Positions 18,290 through 28,512 of a stretch of 64,000 bases of DNA are shown here, in pieces. The stretch covers positions 4,288,001 through 4,352,000 of the forward strand of contig OY761159.2 of the NCBI GenBank assembly GCA_963664395.2, given 5' to 3'. Under the pieces are notes generated by a model. The model saw only the letters and a program-made list of their open reading frames with translations. It was not told where the DNA came from and did not search any database. Position numbers and translations under genes: made by a program. The stretch comes from Candidatus Binatia bacterium. Its GTDB lineage: Bacteria; Desulfobacterota; Binatia; Bin18. Within the stretch, counting starts at the first letter, position 1. Every line of letters starts with the position of its first letter.

Positions 18290-19147
18290 ATGAAAATAGG
18301 GGTTTTCGAGTTCTGTATTGATAGATCAGTTGATCCGGCTATCATCGCAAAACGTGCGGAGGAGTTGGGCTTTGCCTCCTATTGGGTGCCTGAACATGCG
18401 ATTATTCCGATTCAAACCAGTTCGCCCTATCCAGGCTCGGAAGACGGCATGATTCCAGACGAGTATGGCCGCATCACTGATCCATTTGTGTCTTTGGCTC
18501 GGGCATCGGCAGTGACCAAGACGATTGAACTCGGCACGGGGATTTGCCTGATCCCGGAGCGCAATCCGCTTGAATTAGCCAAAGAAGTAGCGACCCTGGA
18601 TCACTTCTCGGGCGGTCGTTTCATCTTTGGTATTGGTGCCGGCTGGCTGAGAGAAGAGACCGAGATCATGGGGGGTAACTTTGATCACCGCTGGGGACAA
18701 ACCAAGGATGCCATCCTGGCCATGAAGGAACTCTGGACGCAGGACGAGGCCGAATATCACGGCAAGTACTATGACTTCCCCGCGGTCCGTTCATTCCCAA
18801 AGCCGGTGCGAAAACCGCACCCGCCGGTGTATATGGGCGGCTCATCAAAGTATGTCTTTAAGCGGGTGGTCGAATGGGGCGACGGTTGGATGCCCGTTCT
18901 TTCACCGGTGGAATACATTAAAGAAGGTCGGCAGCGCCTCAACCAGATGGCCGAACAGGCTGGCCGTGATCCAAAAGAAATCTCTGTCCTGGCCTTTGGC
19001 TTGCCCGAAAAGTTCCGGACCAAAGAAGAAATCAGTGAACTGAAATCGGCTGGCGTGGACCATGTCACCATATGGCTGATGCAGAGTGAGGAGGGCGAGG
19101 GCGCTGTCCTCGCAGAATTGGAGTCTCTGGCGAAAGAAGTGCTGTAG
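18290..19147 (+). CDS. LLM class probable F420-dependent oxidoreductase (Rv2161c-like)
   Basis: AEELGFASYWVPEH, LAKEVATLDHFSGGRFIFGIGAGWLREE and PKPVRKPHPPVYMGG motifs. Confidence 0.85.
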   Translation: MKIGVFEFCIDRSVDPAIIAKRAEELGFASYWVPEHAIIPIQTSSPYPGSEDGMIPDEYGRITDPFVSLARASAVTKTIELGTGICLIPERNPLELAKEVATLDHFSGGRFIFGIGAGWLREETEIMGGNFDHRWGQTKDAILAMKELWTQDEAEYHGKYYDFPAVRSFPKPVRKPHPPVYMGGSSKYVFKRVVEWGDGWMPVLSPVEYIKEGRQRLNQMAEQAGRDPKEISVLAFGLPEKFRTKEEISELKSAGVDHVTIWLMQSEEGEGAVLAELESLAKEVL

Positions 19148-19174
19148 GGGGAACGGGTTTCAAACGAGACAGGG

Positions 19175-19204
19175 AAGGGGCAGTCCTGTGACTGCCCTTT
19201 TTTT
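19175..19204 (+). terminator. Intrinsic terminator
   Basis: Perfect GGGCAGTC/GACTGCCC stem, 4-nt loop, T-tract. Confidence 0.75.
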
Positions 19205-19218
19205 CTAGGAGAAGAAGT

Positions 19219-20229
19219 ATGATCAAATTTGGCATCATGGCCATGCCCCAGCATCCCCGAACGGATTCGCCTGTCAAACGATTCAAAGAAGCCGTCGAAC
19301 TGACTCGATTAGCCCGTGATGCTGGACTCGACTCGATTGCCTGCGGTCAGCACTTCCTTGCCCCGCCGTATCAGAACATCCAAAGCCTGCCTTTGCTGTC
19401 GCGGCTGGCGGCTGAGAGTGGCTCGATGTCACTCGTGCTGTCGGTGATTCTGCTCCCGCTGTATAGCCCGGTTGGTCTGGCGGAAGATGTCGCTTCGCTC
19501 GATGTCATAAGCGAAGGACGCGCCGTTTTTGGCGTTGGGCTCGGCTACCGGGATATCGAGTATCAGGGATTCAATACTCGTCGACGTGACCGTATTCCGC
19601 GCTTCGAGGAGTCCCTGGAGCTCATACGTCGCCTCTGGACAGAAGAGAATGTGTTCTTCCGGGGCAGCCATTTCAGTCTGGAAAACGCGACGAGTACGAT
19701 TCGGCCCGTCCAGCAACCGCATCCGCCTATCTGGATTGCTGCGAACAATGATAGCGCCATTGAGCGTGCCGGCCGGCTGGGGTGTTCGTGGCTGGTAAAT
19801 CCGCACGCCACCACCCACACCTTGCAACGACAGATGGCGCTGTATAAAGCCACTTTGGCCGCCGCTGGTCATACCGACGCGCTGGAGGTCCCTATCATCA
19901 AAGAAATGCATGTCGCCAAAACGCATGACGAATCGCTGGCGATTGCCCAGCCGTATCTGGAGAAAAAATATCAAGCCTATGCTGACTGGGGACAGGACAA
20001 GGAATTACCCGGCGAGGAATCGTTTCGCGTATCGTTTGAGGAACTGGCCAAGGACCGCTTCATTCTTGGCAGTATCGAAGAAGTTATTGAGCAAATCGAA
20101 GTCCATCATCACCAACTCGGCATTGACCATTTTATTTTCCGCATCTGGTGGCCAGGCATGGAAGCCTCTCATGCCTACCGCGTAGTGGAACTGCTGGGCG
20201 AGCACATTATTCCGTATTTTCGAAAATGA
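19219..20229 (+). CDS. LLM class flavin-dependent oxidoreductase (luciferase-like)
   Basis: LAEDVASLDVISEGRAVFGVGLGYR and RPVQQPHPPIWIAA motifs. Confidence 0.85.
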   Translation: MIKFGIMAMPQHPRTDSPVKRFKEAVELTRLARDAGLDSIACGQHFLAPPYQNIQSLPLLSRLAAESGSMSLVLSVILLPLYSPVGLAEDVASLDVISEGRAVFGVGLGYRDIEYQGFNTRRRDRIPRFEESLELIRRLWTEENVFFRGSHFSLENATSTIRPVQQPHPPIWIAANNDSAIERAGRLGCSWLVNPHATTHTLQRQMALYKATLAAAGHTDALEVPIIKEMHVAKTHDESLAIAQPYLEKKYQAYADWGQDKELPGEESFRVSFEELAKDRFILGSIEEVIEQIEVHHHQLGIDHFIFRIWWPGMEASHAYRVVELLGEHIIPYFRK

Positions 20230-20284
20230 GCGAGGAGCGAGGAGAGATGCCGCGATGTCCTGTCTCTCCTCGTTTAATGTCTGG

Positions 20285-20857
20285 CTAACTCGCCTGCAAA
20301 CGTTCAACCAGTTCCTGGGTGGGCAAGACCTCGGCAAACATCGACGCTTGGGTAATCAGGGTGGAGCGGTGCAATTCGCCGTGCGCTATTTTTCCCAGGG
20401 TGGGATGTTCACCGTCGCGCGTCGCGGTGGCATCATTCAGAAACAGGACGCGAAAATCCCGATGAAAACCCTCCCGCGCGGTCGTGTCGCAGCACATATG
20501 CGTCATATAGCCCGAGATGACTAAAGTCTCGATTCCATCTTTTCGCAGCGTTTCTTCCAGGTCAGTTTTGGAAAATGACCCAGGATAATTCTTGACGATA
20601 CGCTGGTCTTCAGGTCTGGGTCTGAGACGGGTGTGGAGTTCAAAGCCGTTGGTCCCTCGAATGAACAGCCCCCGCTCGGGATTCAGAACCTCGTGCTGAA
20701 CATAGATGACTTTTACGCCCGTTTGTTGGCTGGCTTCAATCGCTGCTTCGATTTTGTCCAGCGCGGCGTTCCCGTCAGGAATGGGCCATTTGCCCTCAAA
20801 GTATTCATTCTGAACGTCTATGACGATCAGCGCTGTTTTCTTGGGATCAAGAGCCAT
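20285..20857 (-). CDS. Isochorismatase family cysteine hydrolase
   Basis: TALIVIDVQNEY, KNYPGSFSKT and GYMTHMCCDTTAREG motifs. Confidence 0.88.
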   Translation of the reverse strand: MALDPKKTALIVIDVQNEYFEGKWPIPDGNAALDKIEAAIEASQQTGVKVIYVQHEVLNPERGLFIRGTNGFELHTRLRPRPEDQRIVKNYPGSFSKTDLEETLRKDGIETLVISGYMTHMCCDTTAREGFHRDFRVLFLNDATATRDGEHPTLGKIAHGELHRSTLITQASMFAEVLPTQELVERLQAS

Positions 20858-20994
20858 GAGTTCCTCCTCTTCATTCTCACTCGATACGTGTGAGCTGTAA
20901 CGGAAGAGGGGCGGAAGAGTCAAGCGCTGGACAAGCTTGACTTCTGACTCGGGTGGGATAGATGGAAGATTCTAGCCCGTATGGAGGAAGCCGT

Positions 20995-21309
20995 ATGATT
21001 TATGAACTGCGAACCTATCAGCTCGCCTTTGGCGGCCTGCCTGAATATCTCGAAGTTGCGAAAACGATGATCCTACCCGGTGTAGCCGAACACGGGATCA
21101 AGCCCGCTGGCTTCTGGTATAGCGAGATCGGTCAGCTGAACGAAGTCGTCCACCTCTGGGCCTATAACGACCTGAATGAACGGCAGGCAAAGTGGGCAAG
21201 CTGGGCCAAGGATCCGCGCCGGGCCGAGGTGGCCAAGCGGCTGCGTGGGGTGATCCTCAGTCAGAGTAATAAAATTCTGAGTCCGACGGAATTTTCCCCC
21301 ATGCAATAG
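20995..21309 (+). CDS. NIPSNAP family protein
   Basis: MIYELRTY, EIGQLNEVVHLWAY and ILSPTEFSP motifs; GGAGG RBS. Confidence 0.88.
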   Translation: MIYELRTYQLAFGGLPEYLEVAKTMILPGVAEHGIKPAGFWYSEIGQLNEVVHLWAYNDLNERQAKWASWAKDPRRAEVAKRLRGVILSQSNKILSPTEFSPMQ

Positions 21310-21336
21310 GCTGCTTGTCTGCTCATCCTGCTGATT

Positions 21337-21669
21337 ATGTTGAAGAAGCTTTGTGTTCTCTGTTGGGCGCTTGCCGGCTTGGCTACCGGCTGTGGCCCCG
21401 CGCCTACACCGGATATTCTTGAGGGAGAGGGGCTTGTCGAAAAGGTCATTGTACCGGATAGACGGCTTGTTATCGCACACGAGGACATTCCAGGCTTTAT
21501 GGATGCCATGACCATGAGCTTTGAGGTCAATAAGCCGAGCCTCTTACATCTGTTCAAGCCGGGAGATCGCATTCGCTTTACCCTAGAGCGGACAAAGCTG
21601 ACAGTGTATTTGGTCGCTGCTGAGAAAATTGCAGTACGAACAGCAGAGGGGGAACGGCAGGGCGAATAG
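21337..21669 (+). CDS. CusF-like copper-binding lipoprotein
   Basis: Lipobox LATGC; IAHEDIPGFMDAMTMSF and GDRIRFTL motifs. Confidence 0.8.
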   Translation: MLKKLCVLCWALAGLATGCGPAPTPDILEGEGLVEKVIVPDRRLVIAHEDIPGFMDAMTMSFEVNKPSLLHLFKPGDRIRFTLERTKLTVYLVAAEKIAVRTAEGERQGE

Positions 21670-21688
21670 CGCTAAGCGGAGTGACGTA

Positions 21689-22006
21689 TTACTCGGGCTC
21701 GTCTGCGTCCTTTTTAGGCCAAAAGAAGCGCCAGATTTTGACCGGAGCGCGTAACGGCGAAAAGGACGCGGGCTGATCTTCCTTTTCGAGTTCCTGATCA
21801 TACAGGCGGTCCTCGTACATTTGCTCCCAGGTTGTCCCGTCGTAGTCATCATCTTCAAAATCATCAACCCGATTGGGTGATGATGATCCCCACTTCCACA
21901 TCCCCAGGTTGTCTTCCGTATCACCATGACGTGAAGGCTGCGCCAGGACGGGTACGCTGAGAGCAAGACTGCAACAGATAATGCTCAGGAGCAAGGCACG
22001 TATCAT
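21689..22006 (-). CDS. Hypothetical secreted acidic protein
   Basis: Signal peptide MIRALLLSIICCSLALSVPVLA followed by a D/E-rich mature region. Confidence 0.5.
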   Translation of the reverse strand: MIRALLLSIICCSLALSVPVLAQPSRHGDTEDNLGMWKWGSSSPNRVDDFEDDDYDGTTWEQMYEDRLYDQELEKEDQPASFSPLRAPVKIWRFFWPKKDADEPE

Positions 22007-22155
22007 TACTTTGCCTTTTCTACCACAGTCTTTCGCTCCGGCCAATGTAAGCACTCTCACATCGTCTGAGACGAGATAGGCCGAGACATGGCCAAACTAT
22101 CCATTCCATGCCATTCCATGCTACGAAGGCAAGGCGTAGAAGGAGAATCCAGGCG

Positions 22156-22278
22156 GTGAGTTTGGCATCAACTCTTGTCTTTGGCTTCTTGCTCGGGCTC
22201 AGGCATGCTTTTGATGCAGACCCCCTCAACTCCGCCCCCCAGACGGTTCGATCAGCTTTGCGTTTTATTCCCGCTTAA
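22156..22278 (+). pseudogene. 5' remnant of a NiCoT/UreH-type nickel permease
   Basis: AGGAG RBS then GTG; translates MSLASTLVFGFLLGLRHAFDAD, loses similarity and stops after 40 codons; directly upstream of larC. Confidence 0.65.
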
Positions 22279-22354
22279 CTAGCCCGTATGGCAATTGACA
22301 GTTGGGTCGAAGTCCCCGATTACGTTCGAGCTTAATACACTGTGAGTGAGTCTT

Positions 22355-23515
22355 ATGAAAATTGCCTACTTCGATGCTTTCTCCGGTATCAGCGGCGACA
22401 TGGTCATGGGTGCATTCCTCGACCTGGGTGTATCGCTTGATCTGCTGAAAGCCGAATTCTCTAAGCTGCCGCTCGATGGTTATACTGTGCATCAATCTGA
22501 GCGTGTTCAAAGTGGTATTCGTGCGGTCAAATTCGATGTGGAAGTTACCACGAAACACCACGAACGCAGCTTTCATTCCATTGCCGAAATGCTGGACGCA
22601 AGCACTCTGAGTATGGCGGTGAAAACAACGGCGCTCAAGATTTTTACCCGCTTAGCTGAAGCCGAGGCCCATGTTCACAACACCTCTGTTGAGGACGTCC
22701 ACTTTCATGAAGTTGGTGCGGTTGACTCGATTCTCGACATTGTTGGTGCTGCCGTAGGCTTTGAGGCATTAGGGATACAGGCCCAGTACACGAGTCCTCT
22801 TCCCATGGGGAGCGGATTCGTGTCCTCCCGCCATGGCACGTTGCCCGTGCCCGGTCCTGCCACTGCGGAACTCGTAAAAGGACTGCCCGTTCGATTCGAA
22901 GATGGCCAGTCTGAGCTGGTCACTCCTACAGGGGCGGCTATTCTCGCTGCGTTGGCCCAGCCGAAGCCACCATCCTTTTCTATTACTCAGATCGGCTATG
23001 GAGCGGGAGAACGTACCCTGCCTGACCGGCCCAATGTATTACGGGTCTGTCTCGGCCATCTGATCTCTGAGGTTCAACACGAACAACTGCTTGTACTGGA
23101 GACGAACATTGATGACCTCAACCCAGAGTGGTACGAACATGTCATGGAGCAGCTCTTTGCTGCAGGTGCCCGGGATGTCTTTCTCGCACCCATTCAAATG
23201 AAGAAAAATCGGCCGGGAATTCTCCTATGGGTTTTATGCGACCCAAAGGACCAAGGACAGCTTTCCGGTATTATCTTTAACGAGACTTCGACATTAGGAG
23301 TCCGAGTCTATCCGGTTGATCGTCTGGCACTCCGACGGGAGCAGAAAGAGGTGCAGACCGAGTACGGCACGGTCAGAGTCAAAATTGCCTATCAGCCCGA
23401 CGGACAAGTCAGCGTTGCTCCAGAATATGACGACTGCAAACACCTCGCTCAAGAAAAAAATATTCCTCTCAAACTAGTGTATGCAGCGGCTACGCAGAGT
23501 GTGAAGGGCAGGTAA
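22355..23515 (+). CDS. larC: Nickel pincer cofactor biosynthesis protein LarC
   Basis: YFDAFSGISGDM, VHFHEVGAVDSILDIVG, ELVTPTGAA, LETNIDD, MKKNRPG and PEYDDC motifs. Confidence 0.93.
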   Translation: MKIAYFDAFSGISGDMVMGAFLDLGVSLDLLKAEFSKLPLDGYTVHQSERVQSGIRAVKFDVEVTTKHHERSFHSIAEMLDASTLSMAVKTTALKIFTRLAEAEAHVHNTSVEDVHFHEVGAVDSILDIVGAAVGFEALGIQAQYTSPLPMGSGFVSSRHGTLPVPGPATAELVKGLPVRFEDGQSELVTPTGAAILAALAQPKPPSFSITQIGYGAGERTLPDRPNVLRVCLGHLISEVQHEQLLVLETNIDDLNPEWYEHVMEQLFAAGARDVFLAPIQMKKNRPGILLWVLCDPKDQGQLSGIIFNETSTLGVRVYPVDRLALRREQKEVQTEYGTVRVKIAYQPDGQVSVAPEYDDCKHLAQEKNIPLKLVYAAATQSVKGR

Positions 23516-23553
23516 TGGATCGATCGGGTGATGGGGGAGGAATGACGAATCTC

Positions 23554-23997
23554 TTACGAAACAAGATCGGCCAGAACCTCAGCGGGGTGGGTGCGGGGAT
23601 TGACGGAGGCATACGCCTGCTGGACTGTGCCCTCTTCATCAATCAGATAACTGATCCGATTAGCATAGCCTGCGCCGACATCATCACAGGCGTTATACGC
23701 CAGACCTATACTCCGAGTCGTGTCACACAGGAGAGGGTACGGAAAACTGAACTTTTTCGCAAAAGCGGCATTTTCCTCAACCGTATCAAAGCTGACACCC
23801 AGAACCTCAACATTTTGTGATTTGAAGGCTTCAATCTGATCGCGGAACCCACGACCTTCAATCGTTCAGCCAGGGGTGTCGGCTTTTGGATAAAACCATA
23901 AAAGGACCTTCTTGCCTCGTAAAGTCGACAAAGACAGCTCGGTGCCTTCGTGTGTCATGACCGTAAAGTCTGGTGCGGTGTCTCCTACGTGTAACAT
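23554..23997 (-). CDS. bcp: Selenocysteine-containing peroxiredoxin (BCP/PrxQ type), 147 aa, Sec44
   Basis: FYPKADTPG-[TGA 23868-23866]-TIEGRGFRD; the frame continues through VLGVSFD, FPYPLLCD and RISYLIDEEG to TAA at 23556-23554. Confidence 0.88.
23838..23856 (-). promoter_or_regulatory. Putative bacterial SECIS hairpin
   Basis: GGUCGUGG-GUU-CCGCGAUC stem-loop beginning 9 nt 3' of the UGA, with G at the start of the loop. Confidence 0.6.
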
Positions 23998-24043
23998 GAT
24001 GCTTGTTCTCCTTTTGACAGTGGTCATACTGAGCTGTTTCCCG

Positions 24044-25960
24044 TTATAACACACTCAGCAGATTCCGCTGGTTATATTCAATCTTTGCTTGCTCTTTCAA
24101 GTATTTCGTGAACTCCCGAGAGGCCGCGATTTTTTTCCTCTGAAGGAGAGACTTGCGAAGGTCATCACGCCGCTCTTCGAGCTGCTCCGGATCGGCGGGA
24201 ATATGTTCTTTAAGCACGACAATAAAAGCATCGCCCCCCCATGCGTAACTTTGGGAGGCGACAGGGTCTTCCGGCTTTAACCGGAACGCTGCGGTTTTAA
24301 GATCTGGCAAGGTACCGATCTTTGGGATGTAGCCGCCCCGCCGCGCAAACGCCCCAGTCTCTTCTACTGCGAGTGCCTCGGCCTTTGCCAAACTCACCAA
24401 ATCTTTTGTCTCTTTGAGTTTTGCCAGGAGTTTTTCAGCCTTCTCTTTGGCTAAAATCTCTGCTTGCTCACTCCGGTACTGCTCTTCAACCTCTTCTTGT
24501 ACTTCAGCAAACTCCGGTACCCGAGAGGGAACTCGTTCCTCGAGCGACACGAGGAACCAGGTGTCGCCAATTTGGACGGGGTCGCTGATTTGCCCCCGTG
24601 CCTGTCCGAAGGCTGTCTCAATGAGTTTTGGACGACGACCAAGGCCTGGAATTGTTTCGTTCTGAGTAACAAGCGGAGTTTCTTCCGCCTCCAATCCAGC
24701 AGATTCGGCAAACTGTACGAGCGTCATACCATCTGTCATTTTCTTCCGATCCTCTCGCACCCGTTCCTCTGCAATAGCGCGACTTTTCTGTTCCCGCAAT
24801 TCTTCGGCGACCTCATCGGCGACTTCTTCAAGCGGTTTTATGTGCTCGGGTTGGATTGCCTCAACCTTGATGATGTGGAATCCGAAGGGTGTTTCTACCA
24901 GGCCGCTCAGTTGTCCGACTGCCATGTCGAAAGCTGCCTCTTCAAAAGGCTTGACCATACGGCCCCGCCCAAAGAAGCCGAGATCGCCGCCTTTGCTTGC
25001 CGTGCCAGTATCTTGCGAATACTCCTCGGCAAGAGCGGCAAAATCTTCTCCACCACGTGCCCGTTCGAGAATCCCGGTAGCCGTGCTACGAGTGTCGGCT
25101 CTACTCTCATCTGAGGCGCTGTCCGCGACAGAGAACAGAATGTGACGAGCTTGTACCTGTTTCTCTTCCGTAAATCGATCGTCTTTACGGGTCTCGTAAA
25201 AATCGCGCACGTCCTCCTCAGATACCGAGACCGCTGCTTCAAAGTCTTCCGGTGCGTACGTGATATAACGTAATCGGACACGCTCCGGTATCCGAAAAGA
25301 TTCCTTGTTGCTGGTGTAGAAGTCGCTCACTTGCTGCTCGTTGACTGTGACCCTATCAACCAGATCTACCGAGGATATTTTGAGGAAAGAGAGATTCACT
25401 TGTTCTTGTTCGAAGCGAAACAATTCCTCTACTTCGTAATCCGTAGCGCGGACTGATCCGTCAATGAACTTTTGGAATCTCTCGATAACGAGCTGGTCAC
25501 GTTGCTGCTCCTCGAACTCCTGAGGGGTCATCCGTAGATAGCGTAATAGCCGACGGTAAAGGTCCGGGCTGAAAGAGCCGTACCCTTGAAAGGCAGGAGA
25601 GCTGGAGATCTCTTGGCGCACGTCTTCATCCGATGCACTGAAACCAATCCGACGCGCTTCTTTGGCCAAAAGCTTGGCATCAATGAGCTGATCGAGTGTC
25701 TGTTGTCGCAGATTCAATTGCTGTACGAGCTCTGAAGTAAAACGCTCTTTATAGATTTCTCGGTAGTTGGACTCGACATTCCGATAAGCGCGCTGGAATT
25801 CCTGAAGAGTGATAAGCTCATCATCGACCATCGCTACTATTTGCACCTGTGAGTCGTCTCCAAAGCTCCCAATACCAAAGAACACGAAGACAAGCGCAAT
25901 GATCAAAAAAAGCACTTTGATCCACACTGACTGGACCCTGCGACGCATAAAGTCAAGCAT
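24044..25960 (-). CDS. ppiD: Periplasmic folding chaperone/peptidylprolyl isomerase PpiD
   Basis: N-terminal TM and SurA-N domain; parvulin motifs ARHIL, GGDLGFFGRGRMVKPFEEAAF and FGFHIIKV. Confidence 0.9.
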   Translation of the reverse strand: MLDFMRRRVQSVWIKVLFLIIALVFVFFGIGSFGDDSQVQIVAMVDDELITLQEFQRAYRNVESNYREIYKERFTSELVQQLNLRQQTLDQLIDAKLLAKEARRIGFSASDEDVRQEISSSPAFQGYGSFSPDLYRRLLRYLRMTPQEFEEQQRDQLVIERFQKFIDGSVRATDYEVEELFRFEQEQVNLSFLKISSVDLVDRVTVNEQQVSDFYTSNKESFRIPERVRLRYITYAPEDFEAAVSVSEEDVRDFYETRKDDRFTEEKQVQARHILFSVADSASDESRADTRSTATGILERARGGEDFAALAEEYSQDTGTASKGGDLGFFGRGRMVKPFEEAAFDMAVGQLSGLVETPFGFHIIKVEAIQPEHIKPLEEVADEVAEELREQKSRAIAEERVREDRKKMTDGMTLVQFAESAGLEAEETPLVTQNETIPGLGRRPKLIETAFGQARGQISDPVQIGDTWFLVSLEERVPSRVPEFAEVQEEVEEQYRSEQAEILAKEKAEKLLAKLKETKDLVSLAKAEALAVEETGAFARRGGYIPKIGTLPDLKTAAFRLKPEDPVASQSYAWGGDAFIVVLKEHIPADPEQLEERRDDLRKSLLQRKKIAASREFTKYLKEQAKIEYNQRNLLSVL

Positions 25961-26100
25961 GCCTGTTGACCTCCTATTTTATCATGCCATAGTTGATAGG
26001 TGAAGAAAAAGAAACAACATTACAAGAACTTGCCCAAATATTGAAATTTTGCTAGAAACCTTACCCTACTGGGTGTCGCCGTGGGGGATGGGGGAAATAA

Positions 26101-27138
<1,038 letters not shown>

Positions 27139-27176
27139 GAACGATGCGAACGTTCGCAACACCCTGAGTGTGAATC

Positions 27177-28028
27177 ATGCGCGAGGTTCTCCATAGATAT
27201 CGTCTATTCCTGTCCTGTGGATTCTTTCTTTTCGTGTCGTTACTGCTGGCAACGATAAACGCCCGATCTCCGTACCGTATGGACCCTACTGGAGTACTGT
27301 TTCTTGAAGTGATGCAACCCCTTCAAGTCGGAGTCACGGCGCTGACCCAGGGCACCAGAAAAATGCTGGGTCAATATCGCGATTTGCTCTCCGTCCATCA
27401 AACGAATAAAGTTCTCCGTGCCCGGCTTGAATCGCTTGAGCAGATACAAGAACGGTTGGTTGAATTAGAGCTGTCGAATCAGCGTTTAGAGCTTCTGCTC
27501 GGTTTACGGGCGCAAAGCTCAGGAACGCCAATTGCCGCTCGTGTGATCGGACGAAACCCCGGGACGTGGACACACACGGCTGTGTTAGACAAAGGGGAAC
27601 GGCACGGAATTCAGAAAGGAATGGCGGTGCTCACCCCAGCTGGTGTTGTGGGCCAAGTTGTGTCTGTTGGCCCACATGCCTCCCACCTCCTCCTCATCTC
27701 CGCCGCCAATAGTGGAGTTGATGCACTCGTGCAGCGTTCGCGTGTCTCCGGCATCGTGTCTGGGGCCATTGTTGGAAACTGTCAATTGAAATATGTTCAG
27801 CGCGATAGTGACGTAGAGGTAGGGGATGTGATCATCACCTCTGGGCTTGATGGGGTCTTTCCGAAAGGACAGCAGATTGGGCGTGTGACGCGCGTAGCCA
27901 CACGAGATGACGAGATGTTCCAGGATGTAGAGGTGGTGCTCAGTGCCGAACTTGCAAAGATCGAAGAAGTCTTGGTGGTTGCTCCGGCTGCCATCCGAGC
28001 AGGAGCCGAGCACCTTCGAAACGAATAG
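27177..28028 (+). CDS. mreC: Rod shape-determining protein MreC
   Basis: TM plus coiled coil, LDKG and GDVIITSGLDGVFPKG motifs; follows mreB. Confidence 0.93.
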   Translation: MREVLHRYRLFLSCGFFLFVSLLLATINARSPYRMDPTGVLFLEVMQPLQVGVTALTQGTRKMLGQYRDLLSVHQTNKVLRARLESLEQIQERLVELELSNQRLELLLGLRAQSSGTPIAARVIGRNPGTWTHTAVLDKGERHGIQKGMAVLTPAGVVGQVVSVGPHASHLLLISAANSGVDALVQRSRVSGIVSGAIVGNCQLKYVQRDSDVEVGDVIITSGLDGVFPKGQQIGRVTRVATRDDEMFQDVEVVLSAELAKIEEVLVVAPAAIRAGAEHLRNE

Positions 28029-28512
28029 GCTCCGAACGTTTGGACTCTTCGGAGTATGCGGAGCTGGGGCGGTACTCTTACAGACAAGTGTTTTCTACCA
28101 TCTTCCATTTGTTCCTGATCTTTTACTCATCTTGTGTGTCTATCTTGGGATTTACCACGGAGCCCTGGCTGGGGCGGCGAGCGCTTTTTTCCTGGGGTAT
28201 GTGCTCGATAGTTGTTCGGGAGCTCCGGTGGGAATATGGACCTTTACCATGAGTCTTGTTTTTACCACGACGAAGCTCCTGTCTCAAAGTCTGTTGATGC
28301 ATAATCCCTTGTCCGTTTTCGGACTCGTCGCCTGTGCCGTATTCTTGAAGGCAGTCACTTCTCTCGCGCTGCTCGAAACACACTGGGCATTGGCTCTCAT
28401 TTGGCCTTTTTTCACATACTATGTATTGTGGGATTTACTTCTGGCCCTCCTTCTGACCCCACCCATATTTGCCCTCCTCGCAACAGGGGAGCGCGCTGTA
28501 GCTAGAGCATAA
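27943..28512 (+). CDS. mreD: Rod shape-determining protein MreD (start uncertain)
   Basis: Hydrophobic, PDLLLILCVYLG and AFFLGYVLD motifs; located between mreC and mrdA. Confidence 0.8.
   Translation: MPNLQRSKKSWWLLRLPSEQEPSTFETNRLRTFGLFGVCGAGAVLLQTSVFYHLPFVPDLLLILCVYLGIYHGALAGAASAFFLGYVLDSCSGAPVGIWTFTMSLVFTTTKLLSQSLLMHNPLSVFGLVACAVFLKAVTSLALLETHWALALIWPFFTYYVLWDLLLALLLTPPIFALLATGERAVARA

Noticed and set aside
23515-23820. 101-aa plus-strand ORF after larC
   Set aside because: Antisense shadow of the Sec-peroxiredoxin C-terminal half.
27943-28040. mreD lacks an ATG near the expected start (possible ACG start at 28021)
   Set aside because: Upstream in-frame GTG/TTG starts exist; cannot be resolved without orthologs.
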